From a virus (lineage: Duplodnaviria > Heunggongvirae > Uroviricota > Caudoviricetes): a DNA stretch of 64,000 nt. The stretch lies in the IMG/VR virus record IMGVR_UViG_3300034122_001045. One strand, written 5' to 3'. The notes beneath the pieces are model-generated. The model had not been told where the DNA came from. It was given only the letters and a program-made list of their open reading frames with translations, and made no database searches. This document shows, piece by piece, positions 60,451-64,000 of the stretch. Every line of letters starts with the position of its first letter. Position 1 is the first letter of the stretch. The translations under genes and the position numbers were made by a program.

Positions 60451-60642
60451 TATTTCAATCTCCTTGCTTCGCCATTCTTTAGTATCTTATTGATAAAACA
60501 ATCAGCAGTGCCTAAAGAGGTCGCAGCGTCTTTCATAATATCTATCATGTGGCGGGATTTGATCCCGCCGTGAAATATATCGTTCTGTGATTTACCAAAC
60601 GGTATTACAAAACAGTCCAATTAGCAATTCCTTTATCAACTA

Positions 60643-61176
60643 TTAAGTAGTGGAAATGCCAGTCGAGCCTTCAACTCTCCACATATCGTATTGGAATGTG
60701 ACATCAAAGTTTTCAATTTGATCTGTGTTTTCCCAAGCAACCGGTATCGCACCGATACTGATAGGATAAATTCCTTCGAATACATACGTGCGAAGAGGTC
60801 TACCATCTTTGCTGTACTGAGTTATGATTGCGTTCGACTTATAAGTCTGTGGTAGAGCTCTCGTATTTGAGTCGTGAGAGTTAATTGCGTTTGACCAAGC
60901 TTCCATCGCGTTACGAACAAGGAAGTCCTCGTCGTTGATGATTGTAGCTGTCCAGTCGGCAAACGTTCTATCTCCAGCATACTTTATGAAACGTCCAAAG
61001 TATGGTATCTGATATGATCCTGTAGTTGACTCAGGAAGAGCAGCTGCTCTTACCATGAAAGGAACTTTAAAGTCGGCGATAGCATTGATTGGGTTTGTAA
61101 TTTGGACTTGGAAGAGCGATGGTCTCGCTCCTCCTCCTACTAGTTGTGATTTGAATTCGTTTATATTGAAGGCCAT
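60643..61176 (-). CDS. 19: Tail tube protein (T4 gp19 homolog)
   Basis: RPSLFQVQI aligns with T4 RPNLFQVEI. AGDRTFADWTATIINDE aligns with AGDRTFDDWTVTVMNDE. Confidence 0.9.
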   Translation of the reverse strand: MAFNINEFKSQLVGGGARPSLFQVQITNPINAIADFKVPFMVRAAALPESTTGSYQIPYFGRFIKYAGDRTFADWTATIINDEDFLVRNAMEAWSNAINSHDSNTRALPQTYKSNAIITQYSKDGRPLRTYVFEGIYPISIGAIPVAWENTDQIENFDVTFQYDMWRVEGSTGISTT

Positions 61177-61201
61177 GTTTATACTCCTTTTTCTTTATTT
61201 A

Positions 61202-63061
61202 TTAGAGTGGCTGACCAACGATTTCATCGAATTCTACACCGGTTCTAGTCGCAACGAATGTAAGCTCGATCACGTTGATTGAACGCGCTGGCTTAATGAA
61301 GATGTTGCCTCTAAAGATGTTACGGTCGATTACGTCTGGTGTATTTACTGTAGCATCAGAGACGACTCTAAAGTCTATGATACCTCTTCTTCCTTGAATG
61401 TCACGAAGGAACGGTTCGACCAAGTTCTTGAACTGTGTCTGAGTGAACTCGTCGTTGAAGTCAAAGAGGAACGAAGCAGCCACAGTGGCGATTGCTTTCT
61501 CAACAGTGATGAAGAGTCTGCGAACATTGATGCGAGTGAACGCGCTTCCTGTCGCAGTTCCAAGAGCAGTCTTATCACCGAACAGAAGAACACCTTGCCC
61601 AACCTGCGCGATGACTGGGTTAATGTCGCTGCCGTAAAGTTGATCTCGCTGTGCTTTGTTTGGATTGAATGCAAGCTTTACGACGTTCTTGATAACACCA
61701 CGCTTGTATCCAGCCGGAGACTCCCATGACTCGATGCGAGCTGATAGACCTGCAATGTCACCGTTAAGTGGAACCCAACGATATGCATCGTTATACTTAT
61801 CGTAACGATACTTGTATCCAGTGTCAATCACAAGATAGGATGACGATGTACAGCTATTTCTAAATGCAATCGCGTTGTTCATCTTATCGGTTGGATTTGC
61901 TGGTGTTACAACGTTAGCATACGTCGGAGACGCATACACAACGCAGTCTTTACGTGACTCTGCTATGTTCTGTGTTAGATAGTTAGCAAGGTTAGAACTT
62001 GATGACTTGCCGGTTAGAAGCGCAGAGATGTCAACCTCGTTAGGATCCTTATAGAGATCGTATCCAAGAGCAACTTTTCCAAGAGAGATTGCAGCTTCAC
62101 CGTCACCGTCAGAACCACCGCTTAGAGCTCCATAGATCGGGGATGTAAACGTTCCTGTGAGTGCAGCGGATGGCGTGTTATCGCCTAGCGCAGCGTCAGT
62201 CCCGATCGCTTTAATGTATGCGGAACGGTTTGCAATTACGTCAACATAGTAGTTTGTCGTTCCATCTGGAAGTTTTGCAGACGATGAAACTGATACGTTT
62301 TCGTATAGTTCAAGAACGCTTCCTACGATACCGCTGATTGTTCCTAGTTTATCAATAACAGAGATATGAACTAGAGTATTGTTAGATGGAGCAGCACCTA
62401 CGCGGTCGCCGTATCCCCATCTTCTTTCTAGGCTAAGAAACGCCATATCCGTTTCCGTTAGAGTGTATCTGTTCTTAAAACTAACACTGTATGTAAACGG
62501 CGTAGTGTTTGCTTCGTTGTCCGTGAAAGCGGTGACGATTAAATCTTGATAACCAATCGTTGGATTGCCGATACGAACTATATCATCTACTTGAAGCGCA
62601 GTTGTGATCTCGTCTTCAAGAGATAGGTTTACCGTGTTAGAGTTAAAGTTAAAGATACCTGTCGCGTCTCCAACCGCAGCAAGTGTATCAGAAAACGAAG
62701 CGGAAGATACTACCGCAACCTGGAGAGAGTTACCGAGTGCACCTTCATACTTTGCTTCGAAGTATGTGCTGTTAGCAGATGCAGCAGAATCTGACGTTAC
62801 TCGAGTTATATATAGAGCATTCGAGTATGACAGAAAGTCAGCTGCGGTAAAGAATGTCTCATGATTCTGCCATGTTGTGTTAGCAAACGGCTTTCCAAAA
62901 CGTGAAGCAAGTTCATCTTCTGATGTGATTAGAATGCGTTCGTTGGTTGGTCCCCAGCGAAACACACCGGCAACAGCAGCAGGAGGTGTAGCTACGGCCG
63001 GTATTACGGCAGTCGCGTCCACTTCTCTAACAATGACGGATGGGCTTACAGAAAAAACCAT
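61202..63061 (-). CDS. 18: Tail sheath protein (gp18-like)
   Basis: 619 aa, immediately upstream of gp19 and downstream of the terminase, colinear with T4. Confidence 0.75.
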   Translation of the reverse strand: MVFSVSPSVIVREVDATAVIPAVATPPAAVAGVFRWGPTNERILITSEDELASRFGKPFANTTWQNHETFFTAADFLSYSNALYITRVTSDSAASANSTYFEAKYEGALGNSLQVAVVSSASFSDTLAAVGDATGIFNFNSNTVNLSLEDEITTALQVDDIVRIGNPTIGYQDLIVTAFTDNEANTTPFTYSVSFKNRYTLTETDMAFLSLERRWGYGDRVGAAPSNNTLVHISVIDKLGTISGIVGSVLELYENVSVSSSAKLPDGTTNYYVDVIANRSAYIKAIGTDAALGDNTPSAALTGTFTSPIYGALSGGSDGDGEAAISLGKVALGYDLYKDPNEVDISALLTGKSSSSNLANYLTQNIAESRKDCVVYASPTYANVVTPANPTDKMNNAIAFRNSCTSSSYLVIDTGYKYRYDKYNDAYRWVPLNGDIAGLSARIESWESPAGYKRGVIKNVVKLAFNPNKAQRDQLYGSDINPVIAQVGQGVLLFGDKTALGTATGSAFTRINVRRLFITVEKAIATVAASFLFDFNDEFTQTQFKNLVEPFLRDIQGRRGIIDFRVVSDATVNTPDVIDRNIFRGNIFIKPARSINVIELTFVATRTGVEFDEIVGQPL

Positions 63062-63113
63062 ATTTTTCTCCTTTTTCGTAAGATTTATTTGATAAGTTTC
63101 AATCTTTTCTTCT

Positions 63114-63121
63114 TTATTTAT
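63114..63121 (-). promoter_or_regulatory. T4-type late promoter TATAAATA upstream of gp18
   Basis: The reverse complement of tatttata. Confidence 0.55.
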
Positions 63122-63133
63122 AATAACGAGATT

Positions 63134-64000
63134 TTACATCATCCAGTTGTCTGATTTATCGGATGCCTGCTTCCAACCAGGTTTTAGGTCGTCGGCGCCT
63201 ATATCAATAAACCCAAAGGGAAGAAGATCATCTTCGATCTGTTCTTCGGTCTTCTCTCTTAATCTGTGCAGCGTATTAATGTCAGTAATCTCTTTGAAAT
63301 ACGCCTGGTTAGTCAACCAAGCAAATAATACGAGGTTCATAACTAAATCGTCGTGAGATCCCGGTTCTGCTTCGTATGAGTTCGCCTTTTTTGAAAAACG
63401 TGATAGTTCTTGGATAGTTTGAAAATCATTAATGAGTAACTGGTTCTGTTCGATTAATAGCTTAAGCATAGAACACCCAACGGCCTTCACAGATTTTGTG
63501 GTTCTTATTCCTGTATCGGTTATTTTTCCGAAACCATTTGAAATACGCTTTCCTTCTCTTCCAGCGTTCTCAGTGTAAAGCATATTTTCATATCCAAAAT
63601 CCATGATAAGAGTATCAGACACTTGAGCTCCGATGTCGTTAATCTCAGTTAGAATCAAGGCTCCATTATATGCGGTACCTACTCTATATATTATCGAAGC
63701 GAAATCAATCGGCGATACAAAGTTATCTCTAAATGTACATACCTGTTTATATGGCATAGAAGTTATATCTATCACGCTAAAGGTAGAATAGTCTAGACCC
63801 TTTCCTCTCGATACGTCAACAGTCATCGCATACACATGATTACCGACTGGCTTTTCATATTGTGAAAGACCTTCGTTTGCGTATAGTGGTGTTGAGTATG
63901 ACAGCTCTTTGAGCTTTGAACCCGATATGAGAGTACCAGAAGATCCGAGGAACTGACAGCAGTATTCCTGATTGAACTTTTCCTCGTCGTGATCGAGCGA
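63134..64000 (-). CDS. 17: Terminase large subunit (gp17-like), C-terminal nuclease part; gene continues beyond the window end
   Basis: GSHDDLVMNLVLFAW aligns with T4 gp17 GYHDDLVMSLVIFGW. The reading frame stays open upstream to position 64000. Confidence 0.75.
   Translation of the reverse strand, partial: SLDHDEEKFNQEYCCQFLGSSGTLISGSKLKELSYSTPLYANEGLSQYEKPVGNHVYAMTVDVSRGKGLDYSTFSVIDITSMPYKQVCTFRDNFVSPIDFASIIYRVGTAYNGALILTEINDIGAQVSDTLIMDFGYENMLYTENAGREGKRISNGFGKITDTGIRTTKSVKAVGCSMLKLLIEQNQLLINDFQTIQELSRFSKKANSYEAEPGSHDDLVMNLVLFAWLTNQAYFKEITDINTLHRLREKTEEQIEDDLLPFGFIDIGADDLKPGWKQASDKSDNWMM

Noticed and set aside
1-64000. CRISPR arrays, integrases/transposases, tRNA genes
   Set aside because: No regularly spaced direct repeats, no recombinase or transposase signatures, and no tRNA-like sequences were seen in the few noncoding gaps. 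This window appears to be an entirely lytic-phage backbone.

Overview
This window looks like part of a T4-like myovirus genome, probably from a marine phage of an alphaproteobacterium. Marine origin is inferred from PstS, PhoH and MazG-like genes. The alphaproteobacterial host is inferred from a clear GapR/DUF2312 homolog.

The plus strand from about 1 to 54.3 kb carries late-promoter-driven internal-protein genes, a lysis cassette and DNA/nucleotide metabolism genes. These are a gp61-like primase, DHFR, thymidylate synthase, NrdB/NrdA, a Dda-like helicase, RNase H, an ATP-dependent DNA ligase, a dNMP kinase, an RNA-repair set (RnlA plus a split Pnk), nucleotide-sugar and glycosyltransferase genes, and many small genes. 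The minus strand from 54.3 to 64.0 kb carries the T4-order head and tail structural module: gp23 major capsid protein, gp22 scaffold, gp21 prohead protease, a prohead-core protein, gp20 portal, gp19 tail tube, gp18 tail sheath and a partial gp17 large terminase. Consistent with this, TATAAATA late-promoter motifs sit upstream of gp23, gp21 and gp18.

The most notable observations are:
- A tandem cluster of seven late-promoter-driven, lysine-rich genes (96-6461). Six carry a T4 internal-protein-like N-terminal capsid-targeting sequence (MKxFKxF(V/L/I)xE). Two are giant proteins: one has an N-terminal HIGH-motif nucleotidyltransferase domain, the other an array of about eight repeats.
- A near-identical promoter-plus-leader cassette of about 60 bp repeated in front of at least six small early genes, which also show strongly shifted codon usage.
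- An ATP cone on NrdB rather than NrdA.
- A polynucleotide kinase split into two distant genes.
- A lysis cassette with overlapping spanin genes, plus two additional secreted peptidoglycan hydrolases.

No CRISPR array, tRNA gene or mobile element was recognisable by eye.
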